A DNA stretch of 64,000 nt from Trypanosoma brucei. Lineage: Eukaryota. Shown here piece after piece: positions 1 to 13,800 of the stretch (positions are counted from its first letter, which is position 1; the number at the start of each line of letters is the position of its first letter). Position numbers and translations under genes: made by a program. The notes below the pieces were generated by a model. That model saw nothing but the letters and a program-made list of their open reading frames with translations, did no database searches and was not told the DNA's origin. The stretch is from positions 512,001 to 576,000 of the forward strand of contig CP000071.1 in assembly GCA_000002445.1 (NCBI GenBank), in the 5' to 3' direction.

Positions 1-2036
1 TTTCCTTTCCTTTCCTTCTTTCGTTCTTTTCTTTGACCTCACCTCACCTCACCTTGTTCTTTTTTATAGTTTTCCTCAGCTTTTTTAAACTTCCAACACT
101 TCTGATTCTTGTTGTGTGAAGGAAGAGGAGTTGGGAGGTGAAGGCAGTTCATGGAGGGAGGATTTGGCAATGGATGGCGTGAGAAAAAATAAATAAATAA
201 AAAAATATATATATATATTTAATATGTGTTCGTGCGAATATACGTGTATGTGTCTCTGCGAATGTGTACGTATGTTTGATTTTTACATATCGGTGAAGGC
301 CTCTGAAGTTTCCTCTTTTAGTTACGCACACAGTTCCGCTGTGGCAATTATTGCAAAGTTGCGGTGCGTTTGTGTACTAGTGGGTTACTTTTCTCACCAG
401 ATACAGTCCTTGTCGTTTGTTGTCGTACTTTATCCCAATGAACTTCCTTTTTTTTCTTCTTTTACCGTGATTTTTTTTTTTCCTCGGATGTGTTTTTGGT
501 GATAACGCCCGAGTGTCTGTTTAACTGCTTTTTCAGGACTGAAGGGGGGAGGGGGGAGAATTAAGAAAAAAAAAAGAAAGTGCGTGAGTGAGTGTAGCAG
601 CTATGAGGGGCAGGGGAAATGACGGTGGCGGCGACATGATTGGGGGGGGGAGGCAAAAGGCGAAGGGGAGAAAATATGAGGGAAGAGCTCGCGTTAAAAA
701 AGAAAAAAGGATACATTCAAGCATATATATATATATATATCTTTCATGACGTAGGATGTGTGATGAGAGAAAGAGGGAAGGGAATGACCATCGGATTAAT
801 GAAAACATTTCATAGCACATGTGGAGCGGTGTAAATCCTTCTGTTTCTGAGGCGCATGTGTGTTTGTGTGTGTCCATCTGTAAAGGATATGGGGAGAGTT
901 TGTGTTGTGCGCAAAGGGGCGGAGTGTAGCGAAGGTTTAAATTGGGGAGGGGGGTGCTGCCATCTGTGGGCCTCACCCGGGTGATTAATGCACTTTAAAA
1001 GTGGGGAACGTGACACCCAAAGGGAGAAGGCACATTTTTCTAATTTTACTTGTGCGTGCTTTTGAGCTGCTGCATCTCTCCCCGCTCCCCTTTTTTGTCC
1101 TTCCTTCTTCTGTTCAGGTAATTAGGTTTAAGAGGCATGCCATAGTCGTCTCACTTGGGAGTCAACTTGTGATCCGTAGCATGTGGAGCGGGATGTGAGA
1201 GTCACACAAACGAGGGACATCGTCGGGGGCTCTGATTCAACTTCTGTGGGGCCAAACCGAAACAACACCTTCGAAGATATACTTCGTGTATTGTTTTTGT
1301 TGTTCACACAATATTTGCTTTTTCTTCCGTTACTTGGGTCTAATAAGTTACCTGCCCTGCTACGCTCGCACCGTCTACCTTTACGTGCACATTTCACTTC
1401 CGCCTATGCGCACTTGCAAACTTACACTTATGTAGTATATGTGTACACGTTGTGCTTTTGTTTCATCTTTCTTATTTTCCAGTGTGCGTACACGTATGGC
1501 TTCAGCATATTTAACCTGGTACCTTTGGCAGTTAGTAAGGCCACCACCAGTGCCCAACCCCACTGCCTGAGGAGGGCTTTTACTGATTATAAAAATACAA
1601 AACCAGGAGCAAGAAGGAACAAAATATTAGAAAGAAAGCGGCAGGAGGGGGGGGGAGGTGAGAGGGAAAGAAAGATGGGAGTCTCTAACTCTGGCAGTCA
1701 TTAGTGATATCAACCTTTCTCATCGCTCTGAAAGGATTATGTTTGTGCGTGTGGAATTCGCTTTGAGGCAATACGCACCTCTGTGCTCCCTTCCTTTACC
1801 ACAATACCAAGGGGGTTCAGGTGGTTAGTCATTTATTCCCTCTTTTCTCCTTTTTTCTTTGTTTCACTTGACCACTTGCCTCTTTAGATTGGTGGGCGCC
1901 TCCTCCCTTACGAACCCCTAGTACCGTACATATATATATATATATATATATTGGACTACAGGAGGAGGGGGAAGGAATTGCGCAAATACATCCATCACAA
2001 AAGAAGACAAAAGAGTAAGACGGAGACGCACTCGTA

Positions 2037-2870
2037 ATGTTACGCTGCGCTACCAGTTTTCGATGTTACATGCGCGTGATTTGCCTCACGATGGCTCCTG
2101 ATGGCGCCATGACAAGTGCTTTGCGAAAATTGGACTACACGCCGTACACGCTGCGAAGCGCTTTCTCACAGGGCCGTGCCAACCGTCACCCGACTGAATG
2201 GGCTTCTGCTCTACGGGGCGAGCGGGACATTGACTTGTGCAAACTGATGGCAGATTTTGACGCTGCTGTGGGGCCTCCGGCCGCTATGTTGTATGCCAAG
2301 CTCCTGCGCGAATGCCCGGATTATACGAAAGTGATATTAGTGAAGGAGACGGACAAACAACAATGGGCGCGAGAACACGAGAGATGCGTTATATCACTTC
2401 TGAAGGGACACCGCCACCCACCCCAAAACCGTATTGCTAAGGCATTTTACACAATATTGAGCGAAATGGCACCGCACCCGATCGAACAGCCGTTGGGGGC
2501 GATTTCAGGGAATGGAGATGATGACACTCGAATTTCAGGACGCGTGGACGCGCTGGAACGTTATGAAGCTGAGGTTTGCCGGGAGGTGCCTTCCAGTCGC
2601 TTGTTGGTGTATCATCACGGCGATGGCTGGGAGCCCTTATGTAGTTTTTTGGGGAGGGAAGTCCCTGGTGAACCATTTCCGCCTTATGATGGTGGAATGC
2701 ACGTAATTCGTAATCTCCATGAACGTGTCGAGCGTACTGAGAAAATAGCGTATGTAGCCGTGCTATTACTTGGTGGTACGGCATTGTATGCCTTCTTTCC
2801 AGTTTTGCTAGACATGAAGGAATATTTTGAAAAGTTGTACAGAGACTACCAGATTGCGTATGGACAGTGA
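2037..2870 (+). CDS. Hypothetical protein, 277 aa, with a C-terminal hydrophobic segment. The C-terminal half (LERYEAEV..VPSSRLLVYHHGDGWEPLCSFLG..VPGEPFPPYD) resembles the sulfotransferase-fold 'Sulfotransfer_4'-like family; this resemblance is tentative.
   Basis: ATG at 2037 verified in sequence. Uninterrupted 834-nt ORF on the same strand as the downstream gene array. Motif resemblance is from memory only. Start could be an internal Met. Confidence 0.5.
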   Translation: MLRCATSFRCYMRVICLTMAPDGAMTSALRKLDYTPYTLRSAFSQGRANRHPTEWASALRGERDIDLCKLMADFDAAVGPPAAMLYAKLLRECPDYTKVILVKETDKQQWAREHERCVISLLKGHRHPPQNRIAKAFYTILSEMAPHPIEQPLGAISGNGDDDTRISGRVDALERYEAEVCREVPSSRLLVYHHGDGWEPLCSFLGREVPGEPFPPYDGGMHVIRNLHERVERTEKIAYVAVLLLGGTALYAFFPVLLDMKEYFEKLYRDYQIAYGQ

Positions 2871-4487
2871 TCGTTCGCTTTCCCTCTTGCCATCCCCTTT
2901 TACAATTGTTTGGTTACACGTAAGAGGTAGTGGCTTCTATGCAAATTGGTTCCACTCCATTGCTGTTGGCATATTTGTAAGAATATTTTGAGCAGTTGGT
3001 GTTCTGTGGTTTTATGGAAGCCTGTTTGTCATACTCCATCTTTGTCGTTATCATTATTTTTGTTATTATGCAGAGACCACAATACCAAAATCTGATAGCG
3101 TGTTTTACACATTAAATTTATTTCGTCCTTCATAGCTCTTTTTTTTTCTTTTTTTTTGTTTCGTGCGTCAAGTCCACTTGCCAGCCTTTCATATCGTACC
3201 TTTTGTTTTACCCTACACTTGGCGGTGTGGCGACCTAAATGGGCCAACTTTTTGTGGGCTCGCTTTTGTTGTTGTGAGTGAAAAAGGTGCTTACGATTTT
3301 TCTTTTTTTTTTGTTTTACTCTCCAACCATTTGTTCTTTCCTCCTCTTTTTTTTTCTATTTTCTGCACATTTTTGTGGGGTCGGTAGTGTTCTTTCGTTT
3401 TGTTTTTGGTTCTTCCTTCTTTTAACACCGGCTGGGGTGAGGCCTCTCCACGTGTCATCCATTACCATTTCATTCAATGCTACTGGAATGTATGAAATTA
3501 CAAAATTGAGGGGTAAGAGAGTTGTTAGGATGGATGAGGCAAAGGAAAAAAACGCAGGGGGAAAAGAAAACAACAGCAACATAAAAAAAAGCGCAAATGG
3601 ACGATATCTGCTGCACATATTAGAGGACGAAGTGCCACGCGGTTGGTGCGTTTTGTATTAGTTTTCCCTGTTAAATAGCTTCTAATTATTTCTTGATTTT
3701 GAAGTTTATTGAGGCGTTGTTATTGTTATTGCTGTTGTTGTTATTGTTGTTCCTTCGGTTATCATTGGCCACTATCGCTTCCGAGATGAACAATTTTGAA
3801 TTGCCTTTGTTGGTGACCTCGATGTCTTTCCTTACACCACTCGAATGTGGTGGGCGCGGTGTAAACTTGACTGTAAAGTTTCAACTCTTCCTTCATCTCT
3901 TGTTTTCTGCATTTTTCCATTTCCATATGGACACGTTTATCTGTATGCATATATGTTTACTTATTTGTGTACATCTTCCTTCCTTCCTTCCTTCCCTCTT
4001 TTCTTTTTTTTTCCCCCATTCCTGTTTGCTGTGGCAGAGTAGCAGTGTGGGTGCGTGAAGGTTTGTGCGCATTGTGCAGCAGCAGCGTAGTGCTCAGGAG
4101 GAGGGGGGGGGTCCAGAGTATTTTTTTTCCCCCTTTACAAAAAGGAGAAAAAAGAAAGTACGGTGGGAAGAAGTGAGGAAGAAAGGTTACGAGACCTAGA
4201 AGGAAGAAAAGAGAAAGGAAGAGAAGGAGGTGAAACAAAACCCGAAGGTGTAGGTGGGGGAAAAAAGCAAAAGAAAAAAAGGACAAATATAAATACCAAT
4301 CAAGGAAGAAAGAAATAAAGAGGTCAGTGGAAGTGAGAGAAGAGAGGAGCACAAGTGGGTGCAACAAGAGGGAGTGTGTAAAAAGAGGTTTATTAAGCAC
4401 ATCAGAAGAAAGGGAAAGGTCAGCACGCATAGGTGAACTGCGGGAGAACAGGAACAAAAGCAGGTTGAAAGCAGAAGAGGGGGAAGG

Positions 4488-4525
4488 TTTTTCTTTTCCT
4501 TTTTTCCCCCTCTCAAAAAAAGAGG
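4488..4525 (+). promoter_or_regulatory. Polypyrimidine tract followed by AG: candidate trans-splice acceptor region for the HECT ligase gene.
   Basis: ttttcttttccttttttccccctctc then aaaaAGagg, ~300 nt upstream of ATG 4817. Kinetoplastid mRNAs are processed by polyY-directed trans-splicing. Other polyY tracts at 3974-4036 and 4768-4805 are alternatives. Confidence 0.3.
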
Positions 4526-4816
4526 CTTCACAAGGTTCAAAGCGGTCGGCACAACCGAAAACGAAAGAGGAAGATAAGGGCGAGACAAAAAACTCGGGGG
4601 ACGGGTACAAAAGGCTGGTGATCAACACTGGAAGCCGAAGCTTCGAGTGGAAAGTTGAAGAGACCAAGTCATTGGACTGTAGGAAAGGGGCGTGACGACA
4701 TTGTGGCATTAAATACCGCAGGGGAGGGGTTCAATTCCGTTGGAAAGTAAAAGTAAAGACCAAATAGTTTTTTCCATTATTTATTATTTACCATTGGAAG
4801 CAGAAGAGAGACTTGA

Positions 4817-7800
4817 ATGTTGGCAGTACGAGGGCGTGCCGGTTCTTTTCGCAACCAAGGGGGTATGACATTTCAAGGAAATGAGTATCATGTTACTCAG
4901 CAGTTACAACTTCTTCCCCCCGTGCTTCAACGTTATGTGGGGCGTCTGCACGAGTGTTTGGTTGACTGCCGGCTAACACCACAGGTGTTCCATGAAATAC
5001 TGAACGACGAGGAGTTTTTTCGTGATGTAAGGGGCTCTTACAACAAGAGGTTTGGGGATATTATTAAGACAGTTGCTGGGGAGTGGTGGAGTACATGCAT
5101 GAAGGACATTTTGCAGAGAGTTAGTAGTGCAGCTGATGGAGTGGACAATGCCCCCGCTGCTTCGTGTAGCGCTGTTCGTGCAGCGAATGAAGAGACAACG
5201 GAGGGGACATCAAGTTTGGATCAAGTCCTGCCCGGGAAGTGTGACGATGAGGCTTCAAGCATTGAAGTTTGTAGAGACCTACGGGCTGTGTTGTTACTCG
5301 CGGTCGTGGTGTGTTCACCATACTGTGTGATCCGGGGACCAGACACTCCTGTCATTACATGTACCGCTCGTGTTATGCTTTGCCGTGACCCATCTATAAT
5401 TTACCTGGGTCTCCTCATAAACCTCGCGCAGTCAAACCAGGCCGAGAGGTCGCTTGATAGTGCCATGGTACTCCGCACACTTGCCCATGGGTGGGGTTCG
5501 TCCCCCACATTTGAAGATGTTGTAAAGTGCTGTCTCCGTGCCCGTCGTCGCAGACAACGCCGCTTAGCTGCTCCGAACGAGGAGGAACAAGTAAATGCAA
5601 TTTCTACTGAAGAGGATGATGCCGAGGAAGCGGCTGACATAGCACTCTTGCAGCTGCCTGGTTTGGTTAGGGACCCACTTCAGATTGTCCCCGACCGCAG
5701 TGCTGCCCAGTCTTCCGGTGGTGGAGGGAAGTGCATGTCCGACTCGCTGCACATTGGGCGGTGTGTTTTACAGAGCATGGCGAGCGCTGCAGGCAATCCG
5801 GAGCGTCTGCTTTGGTGGTGCCGTTGTCGGTTGCTCTGTATGCAGTTGTTATCGCCAGCTGACTGTGAGGAACTGTTGGCTGGACCATCATGCGATTTCT
5901 TTCGTAGCTTGTGGAAGGTAGAGCGCATGTTTGGTGACATTTTAGACCTTGCGGAACATGATGACGATGGGGAGGAGAGTGATGCGTGCTACGGTGGTAT
6001 TAGCAGTACTAGTGGCGTGGGCAGCGCCCCGACGGTGGCTGCTCTTGTTGGGATAGTAGCTGACATTGTGCGTGGGTGGCATAGGGCAGAAAATAGTGGT
6101 GGTGCAATGGGGAGTATTGTTTTAAACTACACGTCGCGTAACCCATTCGAAACAGTGAACCGAGTCGTGCCCGGGCACCGCAAGTTTCAGCAGCGGAGCC
6201 ACCGTTGCCTTGCGCGCGACTGGCAGTACGGACTCTTAGTGCAGTATCACAGTACACACTTGGCGGTTTTTCCGCACCCCAACTCGTCATATGCCACGAT
6301 GTTGCCTGTGATGGTCGCTCAGCTGACCGACGTGTTGCGGCATTACCCGCACTACAGCCCTATTCAGCTCATGTACTCCCTGGCGCTCACGCGGGAGAAC
6401 ACAAACACGTCAGTTGCACTGAACTCGGGTCTTGTGCCTGCTATAGTAACAGTGATGAGAACGTACATGGATGAGAAACAAGAATATGGGGAAAACGCTA
6501 GTGCAGACAATGGGACAGAAGGAATTCGATACGGCTGGTCGTATAAGGCGGCAGGTGTGCTTCACTGGTGTTTCACTGTGCTAGAGCAACTGGCGACACT
6601 TTCTACACATGAATCCGTGAACCCTATAGTGTTTTTGCTGTCTCCTGCAGAGGAAGACGGCTATGAGTTGTGTCATCATATTTGTAAAAAGATTTTCTAC
6701 CCCGGCGGACATCCCGTGCTATTGGTCGCCGCATTCCGCTTCTTTTCTGCGTGCATTCATCACAACGTACGGGATGTTGTTCCTGCACTGCAACAGCGTG
6801 GCGTGTTAGACACACTACTGAAGATTGGGGAGAGTACGGATATTCTCGAGAGGTACAATTGCCCTAGAGGTGAGGCGAATTCAGAGGAAGGAGTAGCGGT
6901 TCAGCAAGCGGGAGAGGGCCAACCACCGCTTGCTACGAGTGTGAAAGGAAATAAGGTAGCACCGATTACACTTGCCGAGTACTCTGCTTACTATGAGCAA
7001 GCAGTGCCAATAGTGTGCATATGCAGTATGCTACAAGCCTTCGCTGTGCACAATAGCACGCACGCGAGCCTAGTCAATCGGATGATCATGCGGCGTTTCG
7101 TATGGAGTCTTACTGTCCCGTATTTTCCGGAAGTGTCATCTCCGCTGTCGGTTCCGTCGTCTCCTTCTACTCTCGCTGTGCTTTGTGTGGAGAGGGTGGA
7201 GCCCCAGCGTGTATTCACAAGACTAGCTGCTGCCGCTGGTGTGGACCTGCTCGTGCTCATACGCACCCTTCCGCCGCTGCAGGACTACTTTTTCGAGTCC
7301 GTGGAAGAGACCCTGAAGTCTCTTATTGAGGAGGCTAAACAGAAGGGACCACCACTAAGGGATGTTGGCCTGTCTATGTGGAACATACTTGCATGTTTCA
7401 GTGACCTCGAGTACAAGCAACTCGCGCAACGTGGTTCAGGTCGCCGCGGGCGCAGCCAACGTGCAGATCAAGCCAGTGAAGCAGCTGATGCCTTGCTTGA
7501 CAAGTTTAAGAATTGCGGTAAGGTGGTAGCAGGTTCTTTAGGCACTCTTCTGAAGCTTTCGTCGACAGTCCCCTTTGCTAGTCCCGTATCCTTGCTCAGC
7601 AATGGCAATGTGTTGACTTCTAATCTCTTCGACGTTCAGTGCATGATGTTCGAATCGCTTACACGTGAGGTAATCCAGTTTGCATCTGATATTGTAAAGG
7701 ACGCTCTGCAAGGGGGGAACAATGGTGTTTTGACGGAGGAGCAGGCAGGAGCACTGTGGTCCTTGTTTTTCCTGTTCTTTCGAAAGACTTCTCACGGCTC

Positions 7801-10800
7801 GTCGTCTGCAAATGGCACAAACCACTTTCGTCGCGATCTGGCCAACGTTATTTTTGACGCGTTCATTGCACTTGAGATGGCGACCGGCACACAGAGGACA
7901 CAAGAAGAGTCTGCAGGGTCTGCGGTCCCTGCGCTTACCCCGGTAGCTGCTTCCCCAACGGTTGGAGACCAGGTTATTGGTTTGATGGACGCCCATTCAA
8001 TGTGGAGCTCGGATTTCGAGTTGTCCGCACTAGCGAACAACTTGCTGAGTAGCGCTTTGTCCATGGCTTTACCTCCGTCAGATCGGTCGCCTGCCAACAC
8101 CCCCCTAAACTTTTTTGCTGCTGTTGTTGATGGAGCCAACGCCGGTAACGATGCCTTCGGTGTCAGGCACGTTGATACGACGTCTGCTGATGCAGAAAGG
8201 GGGAATACGGAAACAGGCCCGAATGCCGTTAGTGGTTCGTCCAGTGCTGTGGAGCGATTCCGCAATGATGTGTCCAGGCTTCTCACTTCGTCGCAGACAC
8301 GGCACCGGCACTCTCTACCAACTTTCCATACACATTATCACGGGAGTGGGGTGCCGCTAAATCCTCATACATCTGGCTCGGGTCACATTATGTTAGTCGC
8401 CCCATCGTACATCCTTGGTGGAGTGCGGGAGCTGCTTCAGAAAGTGGCAAAATCTGTGACGGCTGCTGCAAGGGTGCGCAAAGAGGAGGAGGACATAAAG
8501 GAGGAGGGCGATACCAGTGAAGCCGGGTGTCCACCTCAGAAAATGCAGTGGGAACAAATGCATCACTTTGCGGCACTTGAGGCTGTGGATCTTGCGCCCT
8601 TGCGGGAGGCGGAAATGCGTTTGCAAGCCGCGGAGGCGGCGCTTTCCGTTGGTTGGAAGTACATTAGTGGGAACAGTGGTTTGGTAGCGTTTCTTCATAA
8701 TATTATAGGAAACCTCTGGCGAATTACGGAGTGTCTTTTGCCAGTGCAGAATAGCCAGTTGTTAACGGGACCGTTGTCGTCGACATCTTCTGCGTTGGTG
8801 AATAATCCTTGTAACTTCTGTGGTGTCGGCGGCGTGGCTGAAAGGGGGAGTGCGGTTGCCACGAGCGACACGACTGCGAACTCGGGTGCCACCGCAGGAC
8901 CACCATTAGATGCAGAAAAACTGAAGACAGTTGTTGGATACTTGACTGGCATCCTCGAGGCACTGCTGAAGCTACCTCCCGACCGTGGTCTCCAGCGATT
9001 TCCGTGGCAACCGAGGTTGCTTTACTTTGCACTCATTACCTGGCGGTCGCGTGGGCTCGAGCTGAGTCCGGCGATGATACTTGGAGCGCTTGCGCATCTG
9101 GTGGATCTGGGTAGTGAAGTTTTTAAGCGGGGTGCCACTGTGATATCTCCTTCGATCAGCGCTTGTGAAAGTGAAGTGGATGTGGAAGCGGTGGGGGATG
9201 ACCGATCGCCGCTCACTCTAGGCTCCCCACCGCGTCCCGATTCCCATCATCCCAATCGCAGTGAGGAGGACAGCATGGTGAGGATTCGTGTGGCTGGCGA
9301 CTTCGCCGATCTGTTTGGTGAGGTGCTGCCATCTGTGTCACTGCGATCGGAGCGGCTAGTGCAACTTTCCCTTCGAAATAGGACGTCGAGGTCAGACACC
9401 CCTGTCGCTCCAAGAACCCCTGAAGTCTCGGCAACGGGGTTCCCTCGCGACACGGAGGAGTGGAGGGGGTTTGGACCTGTCTCGTTGGCGGAGTACGCCC
9501 CCTGCTGGGTTCTTGAGGTTGCAGCCACCATGCACGCTAATGACAAATCTGTAGGGAAAATGTGGGTGCTCATACGTCGGCTCTGCAGCAAGTTGTGCTG
9601 GATTTACCACACGTACAGTTCGCCAGTTTCCGCTAACTCGGGTGCAGGTGATGATGACCAGCCAAAAAAGGGTATTTTACTGATAGAAAGAATAATTCGC
9701 CTTGTTCTTGAGGACCCTGTTCGCAACTATACTCTTTTGGAATTTCTAGCCGTCGTTTTGTCGCAGGATGAGACCACAGCTCAACGCGAGGCACTTGTCA
9801 CACGAACTCAGCTTCCGTACGCCATATTGGATTGCATTGTGAAAGAAGTCAGGCGGATTGAAAATGAGCAGAACGAGGATGCTTCCAAGAGAAAGGAAAA
9901 GTGGTCTCTTCGAAACTCTATGCTAGGCCAACTCTTCTGTTTCCTGTCGTCGTGTTCAGTAGGCGCGCTGACGGAGAAGGGAACCGGGGCCTGTCCGCAT
10001 TACCGCGGTAATTCCACCAGCTTCTGTTGGATGGGGCACCTTTGTCCTCATCCCCACGTTGGCGATAAGTCCGGCTCGCACATGAGACGAGGATCTGCGA
10101 GGTCGTCAAAGGTGACGCGACAAATAGCAAAGGTGCTTGAAGAGTTTGGTTACAAAGGGGATGTTTCTCCTCAAGCCCCACCTAGTGAACTAGAAACGGT
10201 GACGTCGGACGCCGTAACCGGTGCGACATCACGGCGCGCCACTGGTCGCAACATGCGGGGCACTGAGGCACCAGGGCAAAACCCTGCTGAAAATGCAAGA
10301 AACGATGGGGATGAGACTGCCACTCACCAGGACGATGCAGTATCTGGAGTTTCTTCTGTCACGAAAAAGTGTGTTGATGTGAAGCTCAAACTGTCATCCG
10401 TCGTTGGAGGCACGTCGTCACTTCCAAAGTCTATGCTGTCTGAGTGCGCAGTGCTTGTTCTAGATTATCTTGCCGATGATGATGAAACAAACGAAGCTGA
10501 GAAGTGGGAGTCACTGAATACGGAGGATACGAGAAGCGACACCCTCTGTACCCCACGTCACGTTGCTCGCCGTGCCGCCAAAGTGAGCGGTGAAACGAAC
10601 GTATTGGAAACACCCATAATATGCATTGCTGTGGCGTTGTTGGCCCAGTTGTTGGACGCGGGTGATACCACACTACTGTCTCACATATACAAACTTAACG
10701 AAACATCGAAGAAGGGCTTTGTTATGCGGGCTGTTTCCCGGTTGCTGAGGGAGGATATGATACCCACCTCGGTTTGTGTGCATGTGCTTAAAGCCCTCGT

Positions 10801-13800
10801 TGACCAGTCGGACCACACCGAGTGGGTGGTGTACTCAGCCATGGTCAGCGCGGTTCAAAATTGTATTCGCGCTGGTGTCACGGTGTTGTTAAAGGAGACA
10901 GATGTCCGCGACATGTACGCGAGTAGCGTGCTTGGTGCCGGGCGAAAGGCCATCGCTCCCCGTGTTGGCGGAGATGTGTACCGCCACTCGGTGCCTATGG
11001 ATGAATTTGTTACGTGCCTTCGCACTGTTGTTGATAAGCATCCAAAGGCTTTTTGTACCGTGTTTAATAGCGCTTGCATTGTGCACATTGTTTCTGCGGA
11101 GGGGAACCCCAAGGGAGACACCAGGAGTGCCGTATTACTAGCTCCGCGTAAGCCCCCACGCATCCATGCAATGGGAAGTGCCCCGTCGCCTCAACGCACC
11201 ACTGTGGAGTATGTGTTGGACACACTTCTGCGCCGTCTTGCACAAAAGCAGCTGCCACCAAGTTTTGTTGCAGCAGTGCTGAACAACATCACCACTCTCC
11301 CTGCGGTGGCATCTATTGTAACGACTTATTGCGTAAACGTTCCAGTTCCGGAGAGCATGCGGGGTGCCTTTCTGGACCAGAAGGCTGAGGAGGATGAACC
11401 CACGCTAAACCAGAAACAGGAGTTTGGTGACAGCTTTTTATTGCATGAGGCGACGCCTCGGCCACTTACCCCGTTCCTTGCCGTGCTCCTATTTATGGAC
11501 GAGCGGCAATTGGAGTGCCTCGAGCCGTTTCTTTCTAATGTTGCGCAGAAGGCACCATCGCGTATGGCGCATATTCTCCTCCAGGCACTTGATGTAACAC
11601 TTACGGCGCTTTCTTCGGAGAACAGCGGGGGTAACTGTCTTGTTACCCGAAATGAAGAAATGGAACTTGTGCACCGTGCGTCAAGTAGGCCTTCGCCGCG
11701 TACCATGGCCTGTAGCTTGCTGCATGCGCTTCGGCTGCTGCTCGTGGTGACCTCCAGTTCGCTAGTTTGGCGCCTGTGCGAAGAGCTGTGGCAGCGTGGC
11801 GCACTTGACTTATTGTATCGGATGGTTGAGCAGAAGTGTTATTCAACAGAGAAAGATGCGGCCACACTGATCCTCGTCATCCGGCGCCTGCTTCTGGCCC
11901 ACAGCAAGTGCGCCGGACGGAGCAACGGGAAGGTTTCACCGGCTGCCGGCCATGGTGTTACAGCTGGCAGCAGCGTGAGCAGGGGGACAATGACTGGCTT
12001 GCAGGGCGCAGAACTGTCGGATGCCCATCTGGGACTAATGCGGCACCGACAGAGACGGCAGCAGCAGCAGAGCGGTGCAGAGGAGGATGAAGAGGATTCA
12101 CAGACCCCTCCACCAGATACTGGAAGGGAGGAGGGACGGACCCTGGGCGAGGCGGGCATGAGCCCCCTACCAACCGGTATGCAGCAACCCCATCGGCAGC
12201 AGTTTTTGCAGTCAGGCAGTGTTGATGACTCTTTTTACCTCAACGCACTTGTTAATGGAAATGACTCACGACGGGAGGCAAGTGATTCAAACAACAGACG
12301 TCGGCGGTCGCTTGAGGAGGGGACCTTCAGCGGGTTTTTATTGGGTCTTGGCGAACTGCTGCGACCTACCCAGGATATTGTATCATTTGAAAGTCGCAAT
12401 ATTTCTGACAGCACTCACGATGAGGATGAAAGTGATGTGACGGGGGATGGGGATATCGGCGGAGTTTCACCCGGGCAGCAAGCGATCCATCTGGTAGTGG
12501 GGAGAATTGGAGGTGGGTTTACTCCGAGAGGTTCCGGTGATGGCGATGACAATAGCGGCCACAATGAGGGGGGTGAAGGGAACATCGCGCGGGGGGCGCG
12601 TAGCGAGAGTGGGTTTGATATGAGTGGTGTCGATGACGATGACATGGGTGGTAATGATGATGGCGGGCCTCACAGTGATGGTGGCGATGACGACGATGTG
12701 GAGGGTGCGGATTTCGATCTCAATGACACAGATGACGACGACGATGATGATGATGATGATGACGACGACGACGACGATGATGATGACGATGATGATGACG
12801 ATGATGATGACGATGAAGAGCTTCTTAACTTCGACAGCGAGTATTATGATGATGAGATGGAGCGGGGCTCCGTTTCGTTTTCTCTTCACAACCGCTATCC
12901 ACCAGGTGGCCTTCTGGGGGGTACTGGGCCACAAATCCCCTTCGACTCCTTCACAGTGGGTAACGAACCACGTATGGATGGGCGACCAGCCTCAATAGAG
13001 GCATGGGATTTTAGCTCGGTCCGCAGGGACCAAAGGATACGCCTTGAGGATCTTCACCCGCATGGCGAAGGGTGGTCGCTCCCCAGTGCTGTTCCTGATC
13101 CTGCTGACTTTTGGAGCGTCTTTGCTCATGGTCGTTTGGAAGGTGCAGACCATATGTTTCACACTCTTTATGGAAGTAGTCGTCATAGCAGTACGTCCCG
13201 GCTTGTGAACATATGTTCAATTGTGAACATGGAGGTGAGAGAACAATGGGAGAGTGCTCAAGCTCTTCACCCGGTGAGGCAAGTTTTGCGTGAAACAAGT
13301 GAGGCTCCTCCGGACCCTGAGGTGACACCACCGGCACCAGAGGCGGCGGGTGAACCCAGAAACGGTGATGAAACCGCTGCGTGGAATGCTGGAGGTGACG
13401 ATATTACTTTAATTGGAGGCAATGGTGATACCCAACCGCTGTTATATGAACCTGGTCATGGTGAAGGCCAGCTACAGCAACAGGTGAACGACCGCACGGG
13501 CACTGACATTGCTACGATGGCAGAGGCAAATGTGGCACACGTACCGGGGGAAACCGCGACTCAAGGATTCTCCAACAGCGAATCGAGTGGTGCTACTCGT
13601 ATACTTGCTTCCCCCGGTTCTGCCACCGATGATGTGGGGGCGGGTCTCGCTTTGCTGGACTTTGGCGGTCAAAGCGTTGCCCCTCAGGCAGACCCTGCCG
13701 AAACTCATATTGCCTCGGATGCTGGCGTTACCAGTTCTGTGGTTGCGAGCGCGGGGTCGGCGTTAACTGCCCCACCAACCGCTATCGCAGAACCACCGAT

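Noticed and set aside
3957..4709. 250-aa minus-strand ORF and several plus/minus ORFs (3278-4058) in the spacer upstream of the HECT ligase.
   Set aside because: Extreme low complexity (poly-L/F/S/K/E from pyrimidine/purine tracts), wrong strand for the local gene array, no domain features.
4700..4760. tRNA-like T-loop string GGTTCAATTCC at ~4722.
   Set aside because: Flanking sequence cannot form T-stem or acceptor-stem pairings, and there is no D-arm or anticodon-arm context. This is an isolated motif, not a tRNA.
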